NCBI GenBank assembly: GCA_016699385.1
Contig: CP064974.1
Location: forward strand, 890,617 to 954,616
From: Candidatus Moraniibacteriota bacterium
GTDB lineage: Bacteria > Patescibacteriota > Minisyncoccia > Moranbacterales > UBA1568
Length of the DNA: 64,000 bases
Reading direction: 5' to 3'
In this document: one piece after another, positions 18,314-29,322 of the stretch
How the letters are laid out: the number at the start of each line of letters is the position of its first letter
Numbering within the stretch: the first letter of the stretch is position 1
Notes under the pieces: model-generated
What the model was told of the DNA's origin: nothing
The model's input: the letters and a program-made list of their open reading frames with translations, nothing else
The model's database searches: none
Program-made: the position numbers and the translations under genes

Positions 18314-21202
18314 CTATCCCTGGCACGCTTCACAATCAGGGTCAGCAATAAGGCAAAGCTTCGGCTCTCCAGTAGAAGATGGGGCGCTCTGTGAAACCGA
18401 ACTTGTCTCCTGAACAGGAAGTGTCGAAGGCGGCACACCGGCAGCCGATTGGGGCGCTATTCCTGACGGCTCCACGAGAGAAGCTGCCAAAGGAGATGCT
18501 CCACCCTTCTCCCGAAGGTGAGTTGAGCCAAATTCAGTCGTCGACACCGTGGACTTCTCTACCTGCGATGCCCCCAGTGTTCGGAGATAATACGTCGTCT
18601 TGAGTCCAAGCTCCCACGCGCGAAAGTAAATATCTGACAATTCGCGCCCAGATACATTGCGGAAGAAGATATTGAGCGATTGAGATTGATCGATCCACTT
18701 CCCGCGCCGCGCCGCCGCTTCCACGAGCCACGATGAATGAATTTCAAACACTTCCTTGTATTTTCCCTTCAGCGCTGCTGGGATACCTTGTATTCCCTGT
18801 ATACTTCCATCCTGATACTTCAGCTGGTTGAGCATATCACGATTCCAAAGTCCGAGTTTCTTGAGATCATTCACCAAATGCTTGTTTACCACCACGAAGT
18901 CGCCTTCTTTGTTCGACTTCACATAGATATTCTTGTATATCGGTTCCATGCAAGGGATACATCCAACAAGATTCGCCGTACTTGCTGTCGGAGCAATCGC
19001 CAATACATTTGAGTTCCGCATACCAAACTTCCGTATATGCTCGCGAACCGGTGTCCAATCAAGTTTCCCCGTTCGCACCAAAGGAATCTTCTCTCCACGC
19101 TCCGCCTCAAGAATGTCTATGGTATCCTGCGGCAAAATATTTCGACTCCACTTCGAACCCTTATAGCTCGTATACGTTCCACGTTCCTTTGCGAGCTCAG
19201 ACGACGCGAGAAGCGCATGGTACGAAACCATCTCCATGGATTCATCCGCAAACTCCACTGCTTCTTTGGAATCAAAGTTGATATCAAGGAGATAGAGCGC
19301 ATCATGATAGCCACGAATGCCGAGCCCGAGCGGTCGATGCCGCATATTGGAACGACGCGCCTCAGGAATCGGATAGTAGTTGACGTCGATGACATTGTCG
19401 AGCATGCGAACCGCAATGCGCGTCACCTTTTCGATAAGATCTCGATCAAAGACCCCATTTGAGACAAATTTGGCAAAGTTGAGCGATCCAAGATTGCACA
19501 CGGCTGTCTCATCTGACGAGGTGTTGAGTGTGATTTCCGTGCAAAGGTTTGAAGAGTGCACGACGCCCACATGATCTTGTGGCGAACGAAGATTGGAAGG
19601 ATCCTTCCAAGTAATCCACGGGTGTCCCGTCTCAAACAACATAATCAACATCTTCTTCCACAAATCCTTCGCGACTACTCGCCGCCAGAGCTTCATCTCA
19701 CCCCGATCAGCCCGACGTTCATATTCCACATAGCGATTCTCGAACTCTTTGCCGTAGAGTTCATGCAAATCCGGCGCCTCATCTGGCGAGAAGAGTGTCC
19801 ACTCGGCATTCTCTCGCACTCGCTTCATAAAAAGATCTGGAATCCAGTTCGCCGTATCGATATCATGCGTACGCCGACGCTCATCTCCGGTATTCTTGCG
19901 AAGTTCGAGAAAGTCTTCGATATCGTAGTGCCACGTCTCCAAATAAACACACCCCGCACCACGACGCTTCCCACTGCGATTGATAGACACATTCACATCA
20001 TTGGCAATCTTGAGAAACGGCACGACACCCTGACTCCCGACGCCCGTACCTTTGATAAACGAGCCTGTCGCGCGAACAGGCGTCCACGACGATCCCGTTC
20101 CACCGCTCCATTTGAGGAGTTGCGCATTATCGGAGTACGTTTTGAAAATAAGATCAAGCGAATCGGACACTACATTGAGGAAACAATTCGAAAGCTGCGC
20201 CTTCACCATACCCGCCTGGAAAAGCGTTCGCCCGCCTGGGGTATAGAGAAATTCCGAGAGCGCCCAATAAAAGTCTTTTGCCACATCATCGCGCTTCGAC
20301 TCCGGTTCAGGGAGACTTGTCCCCATTGCAATACGCATCCAAAACATCTGTGGCGTCTCGAGTGGCAATTTCGTCTCAGGATCCTCCAAGAGATATCGGG
20401 AGGAAAGAATCTCGAGTCCCATATACTCAAAGAGTTGGTCATTCTCGAGCACAAAAAGATTAGCAAGCTTTTCCAGATCGAAACCCAACATACGAGCATC
20501 AAATATACCCTTCTTCACGCCCCAAAGAATATTGCGCTGGAAAATCTGCTTATGCCGCTCCAAGAGCGTCTCTTTGGTCACGTCGGCGCCCAAAACCTCT
20601 CGATACAAACGATCCAAGAGCAAATTGGTTGCCAGTTTCGAATACGCCGGGTCATACTCAATCATTGAGCGCACAATCATCGTGAGAACGCGCGCCACAT
20701 CTTTCGTCGAAATGCCATCATATACCTCGAGACGACACTGGCGAAGTATCGCCTCAAGATCGATATCCTTCTCTATGCCTATCATGTGATAGCCCAGTGT
20801 CCGGCGGATTTTGTCTAGAGAAAACACTTCTTTCTTGCCCGAGCGTTTGGTGACGGAGAGTTCATGCTGCTCGATTTTCCGCGAAATTTCTTGCTTGCGC
20901 TCTTCGCGAATCTTTGCGTGCTCGTATCGATAAATAATATAGGCTTTTGCAACATCAAAAAGCCCTTCAAGCATCAATTCTTTCTCTGCGAAATCCTGCA
21001 CATGTTCGACTGACGGCACCGTACGAGGAAACGCCTGCAAAAGTTTCGAGGCAACCGCGCCGGAAATAGCGTGTATACGAGCATCATCACTCTTTCCCTT
21101 CACCTCTACAAAAGCACCTTTCAGGGCACGCTCTATTTTCCTCGCATCAAAATCAACGATATCTCCGTTCCGTTTCTTTATTTTTTGTGCTGTTTCGGTC
21201 AT
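18314..21202 (-). CDS. nrdA: Ribonucleotide reductase class Ia alpha subunit with ATP-cone and C-terminal Ser/Pro-rich extension ending in CxxC
   Basis: Start MTETAQKIKKRNGDIVDFDARKIERAL (ATP-cone). Catalytic core motifs are present (NLCTEI; PTAST in the PxAxT region). C-terminal tail ...CLIADPDCEACQG. Confidence 0.9.
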   Translation of the reverse strand: MTETAQKIKKRNGDIVDFDARKIERALKGAFVEVKGKSDDARIHAISGAVASKLLQAFPRTVPSVEHVQDFAEKELMLEGLFDVAKAYIIYRYEHAKIREERKQEISRKIEQHELSVTKRSGKKEVFSLDKIRRTLGYHMIGIEKDIDLEAILRQCRLEVYDGISTKDVARVLTMIVRSMIEYDPAYSKLATNLLLDRLYREVLGADVTKETLLERHKQIFQRNILWGVKKGIFDARMLGFDLEKLANLFVLENDQLFEYMGLEILSSRYLLEDPETKLPLETPQMFWMRIAMGTSLPEPESKRDDVAKDFYWALSEFLYTPGGRTLFQAGMVKAQLSNCFLNVVSDSLDLIFKTYSDNAQLLKWSGGTGSSWTPVRATGSFIKGTGVGSQGVVPFLKIANDVNVSINRSGKRRGAGCVYLETWHYDIEDFLELRKNTGDERRRTHDIDTANWIPDLFMKRVRENAEWTLFSPDEAPDLHELYGKEFENRYVEYERRADRGEMKLWRRVVAKDLWKKMLIMLFETGHPWITWKDPSNLRSPQDHVGVVHSSNLCTEITLNTSSDETAVCNLGSLNFAKFVSNGVFDRDLIEKVTRIAVRMLDNVIDVNYYPIPEARRSNMRHRPLGLGIRGYHDALYLLDINFDSKEAVEFADESMEMVSYHALLASSELAKERGTYTSYKGSKWSRNILPQDTIDILEAERGEKIPLVRTGKLDWTPVREHIRKFGMRNSNVLAIAPTASTANLVGCIPCMEPIYKNIYVKSNKEGDFVVVNKHLVNDLKKLGLWNRDMLNQLKYQDGSIQGIQGIPAALKGKYKEVFEIHSSWLVEAAARRGKWIDQSQSLNIFFRNVSGRELSDIYFRAWELGLKTTYYLRTLGASQVEKSTVSTTEFGSTHLREKGGASPLAASLVEPSGIAPQSAAGVPPSTLPVQETSSVSQSAPSSTGEPKLCLIADPDCEACQG

Positions 21203-21293
21203 ATTGAAGAGCAAGAAAGACACGGGCCGCCCCAATCCGCGCCCTCCTCAAAAGAGAATTTAATTTTCTGTTAACCCCCGTCTGACAAGACTC

Positions 21294-21869
21294 CTACAGC
21301 CTTCCCTCAACTACTTCCCAATCAATCGCTTTGAAAAAAGTTTCAATATAATCCGCGCGCTTCAATCCGTAGTCCAGCATAAACGCATGTTCAAATACAT
21401 CCATCACAAGAAGCGGTGTTGCACCCGCCAAGTGTCCGGCGTCATGCTCATTGATCCAGACATTGAAGAGATTGCCACTCTCCGCATCCTTGGCAAGAAT
21501 CACCCAGCCAATCCCTCGCATCGCTCCGACAGCACGGAAATCCTTCTCCCATGCCTCGACACTCCCAAATGACTGCACCAGAGAACCCGAAACAACGCTT
21601 TCATCATGCATCAATGGCTTACTTTCTTTGGTCAAGTTCCCGAAATACAACTCGTGAAGCCGCATACCATCCCACTCCCAGCCAAATCGTCGTTTCAATT
21701 CCGCATATTCCGGCGTGCCCGGCTCCTTACCAGCGAGCAATTCCGCAACCGTATTTGTATTCTTCACATACCCCTCGTAGAGTGTGAAATGATTGCTCAG
21801 AAGCGCATCACTCATCCCCTCCATTCCCAAAAGCCGCTTGAAATCTTGTGGTTGATACGACGTCTTCAT
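21294..21869 (-). CDS. sodA: Fe/Mn superoxide dismutase
   Basis: HH...YEGYV N-terminal region and the C-terminal DVFEHAFMLDYG signature. Confidence 0.9.
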   Translation of the reverse strand: MKTSYQPQDFKRLLGMEGMSDALLSNHFTLYEGYVKNTNTVAELLAGKEPGTPEYAELKRRFGWEWDGMRLHELYFGNLTKESKPLMHDESVVSGSLVQSFGSVEAWEKDFRAVGAMRGIGWVILAKDAESGNLFNVWINEHDAGHLAGATPLLVMDVFEHAFMLDYGLKRADYIETFFKAIDWEVVEGRL

Positions 21870-21946
21870 AGTTGTAGACAGTATTACTTTTTATTTTCTA
21901 TACACTTCCCTCTATTTCATCAGCAAAAACAGGGCGAATCTTCGCG

Positions 21947-22606
21947 CTATATCTTCCCTACCAAATCAAGTCCTGGCTTCAACGTCTTCGCGCCGGGTTT
22001 CCAGTTGGCGGGGCATACTTCGCCACCATGTTCGCGGACAAACTGCGCCGCACGAAGTTTGCGCAGTATTTCTTCTGCAGATCGCCCGATATTATTCGAG
22101 TTCACTTCGTATGACTGCAAAACTCCATCTGGATCAATGATAAAGGTTCCGCGACGTGCATTTCCTTCTTCCTCAATGTATACGCCAAACTCCATCGTCA
22201 ATTCAGCCGTTCGATCAGCAATCATGGGAAATTGCACCTTCTCAATCGCCTTGGAGTGATCATGCCATGCCTTGTGTGTATACACCGTGTCCGTGCTCAC
22301 GCCAAACACTTCCGTATCGAGCTTCTGAAAATCCTCGTAGTGATCCGCCAAATCCTCAAGCTCCGTCGGACACACAAAGGTAAAATCCGCCGGATAGAAG
22401 AACAGTACCGTCCATTTCCCAAAGAAATCCGAGAGCTTCCTTTCCACAATCTTGTCTTTGTGGTAGAGTGTCAAATCGAAGTCGGGAACCTTTTCGCCGA
22501 TTTCAACACCATATCCATACTCACTCATAGACTCCGCATCGTCGCAGCCACATCCGCCGCCGCAACACCCGTCTTTTTCTTCATCGTATTCCTTGTTCAT
22601 ACGCAT
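21947..22606 (-). CDS. Peroxiredoxin (AhpC/Prx1 typical 2-Cys type) with possible Cys-rich N-terminal extension
   Basis: FTFVCPTE peroxidatic Cys motif and C-terminal EVCPANW resolving Cys. The first 26 aa (..DGCCGGGCGCDD..) may be translated, or the start may be MSEYGYG at 22528 (GGAG 3 nt upstream). Confidence 0.85.
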   Translation of the reverse strand: MRMNKEYDEEKDGCCGGGCGCDDAESMSEYGYGVEIGEKVPDFDLTLYHKDKIVERKLSDFFGKWTVLFFYPADFTFVCPTELEDLADHYEDFQKLDTEVFGVSTDTVYTHKAWHDHSKAIEKVQFPMIADRTAELTMEFGVYIEEEGNARRGTFIIDPDGVLQSYEVNSNNIGRSAEEILRKLRAAQFVREHGGEVCPANWKPGAKTLKPGLDLVGKI

Positions 22607-22676
22607 TTCGTTAAATAAATATACGAGAAAACGCTCTTTTTTCGAAAGAAAAACATCTGTCGTTTATTCATAGTAC

Positions 22677-23705
22677 GTGCCGCTTTTTTCACTGTCAACT
22701 CTTCGCTTTTCATACCAAATTCACATGGACGTTTCACTCGAAAACCGACATACCATAACCCCCACTTCGAAAGATTTCGGGAATCGTGTTGATACTTTTT
22801 TGGCTCAATCAAAAGATTTTAAGGATATTATTGGAAGAGAACTCAGTCGAACACATATCGCTCGCGGCATACGAGATGGCGGAGCATTCCTCGGGTCTTC
22901 GCCCGCAAAGCCCCATACCAAAATCTCGAAAGATGCGCTACTCATCATACTCCCCGACAAATTCACGCAAGCAGAAGAAACGCTCACCCCCGAACCAGAC
23001 CTCCCAATCATTGTCATCAAAGAAACGCCGAATTTCATCATTATCAATAAGCCCGCCGGTATACAAGTTCACCCATCAAGCGCTCAGGAATCCGGCACGG
23101 TTGTGCACTGGAGTATAGCGCACTACCCGGAAATAGCGACGATTGGCGATCCTGCCCGCCCCGGCATTGTTCACCGACTTGACCGCGACACCAGCGGACT
23201 CCTCATCATCGCCCGCACCAAGAAGTCCTTCACTGCGCTCAAAAAACGTTTCAAGGAACGCGCGGTGCACAAGCAATATCTCGCGATTGTATACGGCATT
23301 CCGAAAGCAAAAGAAGGCGTCATAGCCACGCCAATTGCCCGATCAACCCGTGGCGACCGCCAAAGCGCCGCCATTCCCGGGCGACGCGTCAAAGGCATTG
23401 TCCGCCCTGCCGAAACCGCCTATCGCCTCATTAAGACCTTCAACAATACCGCACTCATCGAAGTAGAGCCCAAAACTGGTCGGACACACCAGATACGCGT
23501 GCACCTCGCCTCCATTGGTCACCCTGTCCTCGGCGACACACTCTACGCTTCACGAGCCTCGCGCGCGGTTATACCTTCCCCCAAAAGGCAGCTCCTTCAT
23601 GCGGCAAACCTCTCTTTTGAGCTCTTTGGACAAGAATATTCCTTCACAGCGCCCCTTCCAAGCGACTTTTCTGACTGGCAAGAGCTCTTTACAAAGCAAC
23701 AATAA
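22677..23705 (+). CDS. rluD: RluA-family 23S rRNA pseudouridine synthase (RluD-like, S4 domain)
   Basis: HRLDRDTSGLLIIARTKK catalytic Asp motif; 342 aa. Confidence 0.85.
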   Translation: MPLFSLSTLRFSYQIHMDVSLENRHTITPTSKDFGNRVDTFLAQSKDFKDIIGRELSRTHIARGIRDGGAFLGSSPAKPHTKISKDALLIILPDKFTQAEETLTPEPDLPIIVIKETPNFIIINKPAGIQVHPSSAQESGTVVHWSIAHYPEIATIGDPARPGIVHRLDRDTSGLLIIARTKKSFTALKKRFKERAVHKQYLAIVYGIPKAKEGVIATPIARSTRGDRQSAAIPGRRVKGIVRPAETAYRLIKTFNNTALIEVEPKTGRTHQIRVHLASIGHPVLGDTLYASRASRAVIPSPKRQLLHAANLSFELFGQEYSFTAPLPSDFSDWQELFTKQQ

Positions 23706-23808
23706 TACGGTAAGATTCCGAGATAAGAGAGGACGACCGTCCTTTTTTTCATGTACTCGCGCGTTTTTAATTATTATTGCGGACGATCGCGCTCGCCGCA
23801 CACGACCC

Positions 23809-25182
23809 ATGTTTATGCCACTCAAGAAAACGTTAAGCTCACTTCTCGACGAAACACTCGCACTTCACAAGAAGCCAGAAGTTTCAGAAGAAGCACCCGT
23901 CTCGGAAGAAAAAACCGAGAACGCTACCCCAAAGAAGAAAGCATCTGCCAAAAAATCCGCAGCAACAAAGCCACCTAAGAAAGCATCTGAAACAAGCAAA
24001 GTAGCGCCAGAAAAATCAGAAGAAGGAGAGGCCTCGGAAAAAAATGGGGTAAAGAGAGAGAAAAAGACATCGAAAGCCGCCCCCGAAGAAGTCGTGGACG
24101 ATTCTGAAATGGGACGACTTATTGCAGAGCACCCGTTCGAAGTACCGAGTATCGGCGACGTACTCCAGGGAACCATCATCGAGGTTGGCTCCAATTTCGC
24201 ATTGATCGACCTTGGTCCATTGGGGACGGGTACCGTTCTCGGCAAAGAAATGCGCGACGGTCTCGCTGGCGGTGTCAAAGTCAAGAAAGGCGACTCCGTA
24301 AGCGCAACGCTCATCGACCTCGAGAATGACGACGGCGTCATCGAACTCTCCATCCGAGAGGCCTCCTATGACAAGTCATGGGAAGATATCCAGATGAAGC
24401 TTGAGAACAAAGAAGTCGTCCCAACCAAAATACTCGAAGCCAATAAGGGTGGGCTTATGATTGAAGTAAATGGCGTCCCTGGTTTCCTCCCCGTTTCCCA
24501 GCTTGGCAGCGAGCACTACCCACGCGTCGAAGATGGCGACAAGAACAAGATCCTCGACCTCCTCAAACGCCTTATCGGGCAAGAGCTCAATGTCCGCATC
24601 TTGGATGCCGATCGTATCAATGAGAAACTTATCGTGAGCGAAAAGGCAGCTCGAAGTGAAAAGGAGCGTGCTGCCATCTCTTCTCTTCAGGTAGGCGATA
24701 CGGTTTCCGGTGAGGTGAGCGGCGTTGTAGACTTTGGCGCCTTCGTCAAATTCCCTATCCCAGGAAACGAGAAAGAGCGAGTCGAAGGTTTGGTGCATAT
24801 TTCCGAGCTCGCTTGGCAGCTTATTGATGATCCACGAACCGTTGTTCGCACGGGCGATCAGGTGAGTGTCAAGGTAATCGGTATCGAAGACACGCGAATC
24901 TCCCTCTCCATGAAGGCGCTCAAAGACGATCCTTGGGCAAATGTCGCCGAAAAATACACCGTCGGGGACACGGTGAGCGGGAAAGTCGACAAGATTAATC
25001 ACTTCGGCGCCTTCGTCTATCTCGACAAAGATATTCACGGACTCGCCTATGTGAGCGAATTCCAAAACCTCTACCCCGGTCGCAAAATGGAAGAGGTCTT
25101 CCAAGTTGGCGGAAGCTACACCTGGAAAATCCTCTCCATGGAACCCAAGAGTCACCGCATGGGACTCCTCCCAGTGAAATAG
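23809..25182 (+). CDS. rpsA: Ribosomal protein S1 with Lys/Ala-rich N-terminal extension
   Basis: Start MFMPLKK. Repeated S1 domains (GTVLGKEMRDG..., GDTVSGEVSGVVDFGAFVKF, GDTVSGKVDKINHFGAFVYL). The first ~95 aa are a K/A/E/S-rich low-complexity stretch. Confidence 0.85.
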   Translation: MFMPLKKTLSSLLDETLALHKKPEVSEEAPVSEEKTENATPKKKASAKKSAATKPPKKASETSKVAPEKSEEGEASEKNGVKREKKTSKAAPEEVVDDSEMGRLIAEHPFEVPSIGDVLQGTIIEVGSNFALIDLGPLGTGTVLGKEMRDGLAGGVKVKKGDSVSATLIDLENDDGVIELSIREASYDKSWEDIQMKLENKEVVPTKILEANKGGLMIEVNGVPGFLPVSQLGSEHYPRVEDGDKNKILDLLKRLIGQELNVRILDADRINEKLIVSEKAARSEKERAAISSLQVGDTVSGEVSGVVDFGAFVKFPIPGNEKERVEGLVHISELAWQLIDDPRTVVRTGDQVSVKVIGIEDTRISLSMKALKDDPWANVAEKYTVGDTVSGKVDKINHFGAFVYLDKDIHGLAYVSEFQNLYPGRKMEEVFQVGGSYTWKILSMEPKSHRMGLLPVK

Positions 25183-25249
25183 CACTCCCGCACCGAATAG
25201 CGTTCCCAAGGAATACTGCTCGGGGAATAGCAAAAGTTAAGGGAAGCAA

Positions 25250-25288
25250 GAAAAACTCCGCCCATATTTGGGTGGAGTTTTTTTAAAC
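25250..25288 (+). terminator. Rho-independent terminator after rpsA
   Basis: AAAACTCCGCCCATATTTGGGTGGAGTTTTTTTAAA. Confidence 0.7.
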
Positions 25289-25534
25289 CACGAAACTCAC
25301 CATGCGCAAAATAATAAAAATGCTTTTATCTAAAACACTGAACAAAACTCAGCCCTGTCGCTCCGAGTAGAGTCGAGGAATCTCAGACTTTCTGGAAGCA
25401 TTGTCTATCCGGTAAGCCAATGTCCTTCCACCTCACTTCTTCGTCGTTTCGGTCGAGCCGACAAAGAAGTGTCTCGTTCTGCGTAAGGTGAAAATCAAAT
25501 ATGTCGCATCTCTTCGAAGCGCTTTTCCGCCCTC

Positions 25535-26032
25535 TCAGATCAGAAACAATTTCTTGTCCTCGGAAAGATTGATAAAATCGTCGAGTTGTTCAATAAGCTT
25601 GGCACTCGCCGATTCCTTGAATGCCATGCCTTCGACGCGACACCCCGTTGTTGATTGAATATATTCAATGAGCGGTATATAGTCTCCGTCACCTGAAACA
25701 AGGATAATCACATCGAGATTGCGAGCCATTCTCACCGCATCCATCGCAATGCCCACATCCCAATCTCCCTTCTTGGAACCATCGGGGAAAATCTGCAAAT
25801 CTTTCGTTTTCACTTCAAATCCGGATTTCTCAAGCGCTTCAAAGAACTTTTCTTCCATACCCTCGACGGTTTTGATGCCGTAGGCGATGGCACGGATGAG
25901 TTTCCGGTCGGCTGTGCCAGCAAGGAGCACGTTCTTAAAGCTCACTTTCTTACTGAAAAGAATGCGAGCGCTATAATACATATTCTGCACATCGACCAAC
26001 ATGCCGACGCGCTGTTCCTTAAATTTCGCCAT
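25535..26032 (-). CDS. NYN-domain (LabA-like, PIN-related) protein
   Basis: 165 aa; pattern VDVQNMYYS...ILVSGDGDY is typical of NYN/LabA. Confidence 0.7.
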   Translation of the reverse strand: MAKFKEQRVGMLVDVQNMYYSARILFSKKVSFKNVLLAGTADRKLIRAIAYGIKTVEGMEEKFFEALEKSGFEVKTKDLQIFPDGSKKGDWDVGIAMDAVRMARNLDVIILVSGDGDYIPLIEYIQSTTGCRVEGMAFKESASAKLIEQLDDFINLSEDKKLFLI

Positions 26033-26267
26033 AAATCAATACTTGTAAATAAAACTTTTCTGTCATCCCAACCAAAATAGAGGGATTTCAGTTTAATTGT
26101 GTAGAAAGCCTCTTAGCTTAAAAGGTTCGAATTTCCAACTTGCAGAAAAAAGTGTCAATCTTTTGAAAGCAACTAACTCGGAACTACATTCTCACAAAGG
26201 GAGCAGTTGATTGACGTAGAGGAAAAGCCAATCCCGCACCTTGGATACAAAGTGCGGGAGGAAAAAT

Positions 26268-26549
26268 CTAGGCGAGTTTGAGCTTCTTTGCAAGGGCTTT
26301 CGCCGACTTCTCATCTGTTTTCTGGAGATATCCCATCAGGCGCTTCCGCTTCGAGACCATTTTGAGGAGTCCTCGACGAGAATGAAAGTCTTTCTTGTTC
26401 TTCTTGAGGTGATCGGTCAGCTTCTTAATTCGCTCCGTAAACATCGCAATCTGATACTCCGGCGACCCGGTATCCTTCTCATGTCGCTTCACCTCTTTCG
26501 TCGCCTTCACCTTCTGCTTCGTCGTCAACATAGCTTTGTCGTACGGCAT
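26268..26549 (-). CDS. rpsO: Ribosomal protein S15
   Basis: 93 aa; [25 protein letters not shown] signature. Confidence 0.9.
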   Translation of the reverse strand: MPYDKAMLTTKQKVKATKEVKRHEKDTGSPEYQIAMFTERIKKLTDHLKKNKKDFHSRRGLLKMVSKRKRLMGYLQKTDEKSAKALAKKLKLA

Positions 26550-26634
26550 CGGACTCGTTCACAAAAAACCAATCCGAGCTCGTCCCCTATAAATTAATAC
26601 TAAAAGCCTATCATGGAAAGCTTTTCTGCGCAAC

Positions 26635-29100
26635 CTACAGCACTGTAAATGAGGCAACGCCGTCGCTCGTTTGCGGGCGCATGACGCGGACGCCTTGGGT
26701 GACACGGGAGAGGAGCGGGACACTCTTGAGCGGAATGCGGATGATAGTACCCTTTCTCGAAGTCGCCATCAGGTCGCATTCGGAGATATCGTCTTTGTGT
26801 ACCACCTCCGCACCGACAATCTTGCCAATCTTTGGTGTCACCTTGGCAGTTTTCATGCCACTTCCGCCACGATGCTGGAGTTTGTAGTGTTTGAGGTCGG
26901 TGCGTTTCCCGAAGCCACTCCCCGAGAGGATGATAAGCTCAAGATCTTTCCCCTCGGCGCGGACGACATTCATACCCACGACTTTGTCGGACGCAGCAAG
27001 CTTGATACCGCGCACGCCACCGGCACTTCGCCCCATCGGGCGCACATCACTTTCCTTGAAGCGAATCGCCTGCCCTTCACTCGTAGTGAAGATGATATGA
27101 TCAGAGCCAGTTGTCGGCGCAACCCAGCCAAGCATATCGCCCTTTTCGAGGTTGATCGTGATAAGTCCGCTCCGACGCACCGTTTCATAGTCTTCGAGCT
27201 TCGTTTTCTTGATAGTACCCTGCTCTGTCGCCATGAAGAGATATTTGTAATCATCATCCTTATTGAAGGCAATGAGCGCAGTAATGCGTTCGTCTGGCGA
27301 CATCTGGAGGAAATTTACAATCGCCTGCCCCTTCGCCGTACGCGAAGATTCGGGGATTTCATACGCCTTGGTCTGAAACACCTTGCCCGTATCAGTAAAA
27401 AACATGAGATTGTCATGCGTCATAATGCCAAGCACCTTGGCAATCGCATCACCCTCATGCGTCGTCGCGCCAATTACACCCTTGCCGCCACGCTTTTGCA
27501 CGCGATAGACATCTGGATTCATTCGCTTCACATAGCCATCATGAGAAAGCGTGATAATTGCTTCTTCGTTTGGGATAAGATCTTCCTGCCGAAATTCGCC
27601 AATACCAGAGCGAATCACCTTGGTTTTTCTCTCATCGCCATACTTTGCCTTGAGATCGAGGAGCTCGGTCTTCACAAGTTTCATAAGCTTCGTCCGACTC
27701 CCAAGCAGATCTTCGAGCTCAGCGATAAGCCTGCGCTTCTCAGCAAGTTCATCTTCGATCTTCTTACGCTCGAGTCCAGCAAGCGTCTGAAGACGCATTT
27801 CGAGAATCGCATCCGTCTGACGATCAGAAAGGCGAAAGCTCTTCATGAGGCGTGTCTTTGCTGTTTCTTTGTCCGGAGATTTCTTGATAATCGCAATCAC
27901 TTCATCTATATGGTCGAGTGCGGTTTTGAGCCCTTCGAGGATATGCGCGCGATCTCGCGCCTTTTCAAGTTCAAATCGCGTCCGACGTGTCACGACAATC
28001 TCACGATGTGCGACAAATTGCTCGAGAATTGATTTCAAGTTCAACACCTGCGGCTCAATGCCGTTCACTAGTGCCAACATATTCATGTTGAAGTTCTTCT
28101 GGAAATCCGTAAGCGAATAGAGCTTATTGAGCACTTTCTGTGGGAACGCCTCTTTCTTGAGATCAACCACGATACGCACTCCATCCTTATCGGATTCATC
28201 ACGGAGATCTTTGATACCCTGAAGCTTCCCATCCTTTACCAGTTCAGCAATTTTCTGTATCAATGTTGATTTGTTGGTCAAATAGGTGATTTCCGTCGCA
28301 ACAATCTGAAACATGCCCGCCTTGGTCTCGATGATTTCCGCCTTGGCGCGTGTCGTAATCTTCCCGCGACCAGTCGCATAAGCCTCACGAATATCCTTAG
28401 CATTGTAAATAATGCCCCCCGTCGGAAAGTCCGGGCCCTTGATGAATTTCAAAAGGTCTTCCGTACTCGCCTCAGGATTTTCGATAAGATGCGAAATACC
28501 ATCAATCAGTTCTGAAAGATTGTGTGGGGGAATATTCGTTGCCATGCCGACAGCAATACCGACCGTGCCATTGGCAAGGAGTTGCGGCAATTTTGCCGGA
28601 AGGAGCACTGGCTCCTTATGCACGCCGTCAAAGTTCGGAACAAAGTCCACCGTATCTTTCTCGATATCAAAAAGCATCTCCTCAGCTATCGGAGAAAGCT
28701 TCGCTTCGGTATAGCGATAGGCAGCAGCACTGTCTCCATCCATAGAGCCAAAGTTCCCCTGCCCCCACACGAGCGGGTAGCGAAGCGAAAAATCCTGCGC
28801 CATACGCACCATCGTGTCGTACACCGCCGTGTCGCCATGCGGGTGATATTTTCCCAGAACTTCTCCAACAACCGTTGCCGACTTGCGAAACTTCGCGCTC
28901 GCTTTGAGTCCCGTAGACCACATGGAGTAGAGAATGCGACGATGCACCGGTTTCAAACCATCGCGCACATCGGGAAGCGCACGCGACACGATGACACTCA
29001 TCGCATAATCAAGATACGACTTTCGCACCTCATCCGTAATTGGCTGAATATGAATATTCTCTTCCGGCGTCACCAAACTTTCAACAGCATTTTTTTTCAT
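26635..29100 (-). CDS. gyrA: DNA gyrase subunit A
   Basis: N-terminal [25 protein letters not shown]...YHPHGD active-site region plus C-terminal beta-pinwheel repeats; 821 aa. Confidence 0.95.
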   Translation of the reverse strand: MKKNAVESLVTPEENIHIQPITDEVRKSYLDYAMSVIVSRALPDVRDGLKPVHRRILYSMWSTGLKASAKFRKSATVVGEVLGKYHPHGDTAVYDTMVRMAQDFSLRYPLVWGQGNFGSMDGDSAAAYRYTEAKLSPIAEEMLFDIEKDTVDFVPNFDGVHKEPVLLPAKLPQLLANGTVGIAVGMATNIPPHNLSELIDGISHLIENPEASTEDLLKFIKGPDFPTGGIIYNAKDIREAYATGRGKITTRAKAEIIETKAGMFQIVATEITYLTNKSTLIQKIAELVKDGKLQGIKDLRDESDKDGVRIVVDLKKEAFPQKVLNKLYSLTDFQKNFNMNMLALVNGIEPQVLNLKSILEQFVAHREIVVTRRTRFELEKARDRAHILEGLKTALDHIDEVIAIIKKSPDKETAKTRLMKSFRLSDRQTDAILEMRLQTLAGLERKKIEDELAEKRRLIAELEDLLGSRTKLMKLVKTELLDLKAKYGDERKTKVIRSGIGEFRQEDLIPNEEAIITLSHDGYVKRMNPDVYRVQKRGGKGVIGATTHEGDAIAKVLGIMTHDNLMFFTDTGKVFQTKAYEIPESSRTAKGQAIVNFLQMSPDERITALIAFNKDDDYKYLFMATEQGTIKKTKLEDYETVRRSGLITINLEKGDMLGWVAPTTGSDHIIFTTSEGQAIRFKESDVRPMGRSAGGVRGIKLAASDKVVGMNVVRAEGKDLELIILSGSGFGKRTDLKHYKLQHRGGSGMKTAKVTPKIGKIVGAEVVHKDDISECDLMATSRKGTIIRIPLKSVPLLSRVTQGVRVMRPQTSDGVASFTVL

Positions 29101-29184
29101 AAAAGAATGTCAGAACGTATTTTCAGAGATTTCCAAAACAATACCAATTGAAGAAGTACAAAAGTATACTTCTTGCACTGTTTT

Positions 29185-29264
29185 TTGGGAAAAATTGTTT
29201 TTTGCGACTTTCCCATCTATCGACAGGCAGATAGGCACAATTGCAAGACAAACAAAAAACAATT
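29185..29264. repeat. Short intergenic inverted-repeat element, copy C
   Basis: CTGTTTTTTGGGAAAAATTGTTTTTTGCGAC ... CAAGACAAACAAAAAACAATT. Same arms as copy B with a different palindromic interior (CATCTATCGACAGGCAGATAGG). Confidence 0.6.
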
Positions 29265-29322
29265 CTTCCCAAAAAACGCCCTTCTCACCAAGCTTTTACT
29301 CCAAGAACACTGCGACACATAC

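Noticed and set aside
19556-20668. 370-aa plus-strand ORF within nrdA and the 166-aa minus-strand ORF (17537..18037) within nrdB
   Set aside because: They lie antisense or out of frame to unambiguous RNR genes. Composition is typical of shadow ORFs.
24376-25233. 285-aa minus-strand ORF antisense to rpsA, and 23865..24353
   Set aside because: Antisense shadow ORFs of S1. No start or RBS context.
26671-28032. 453-aa plus-strand ORF antisense to gyrA
   Set aside because: Shadow ORF of a highly conserved gene; Arg/His-rich nonsense composition.
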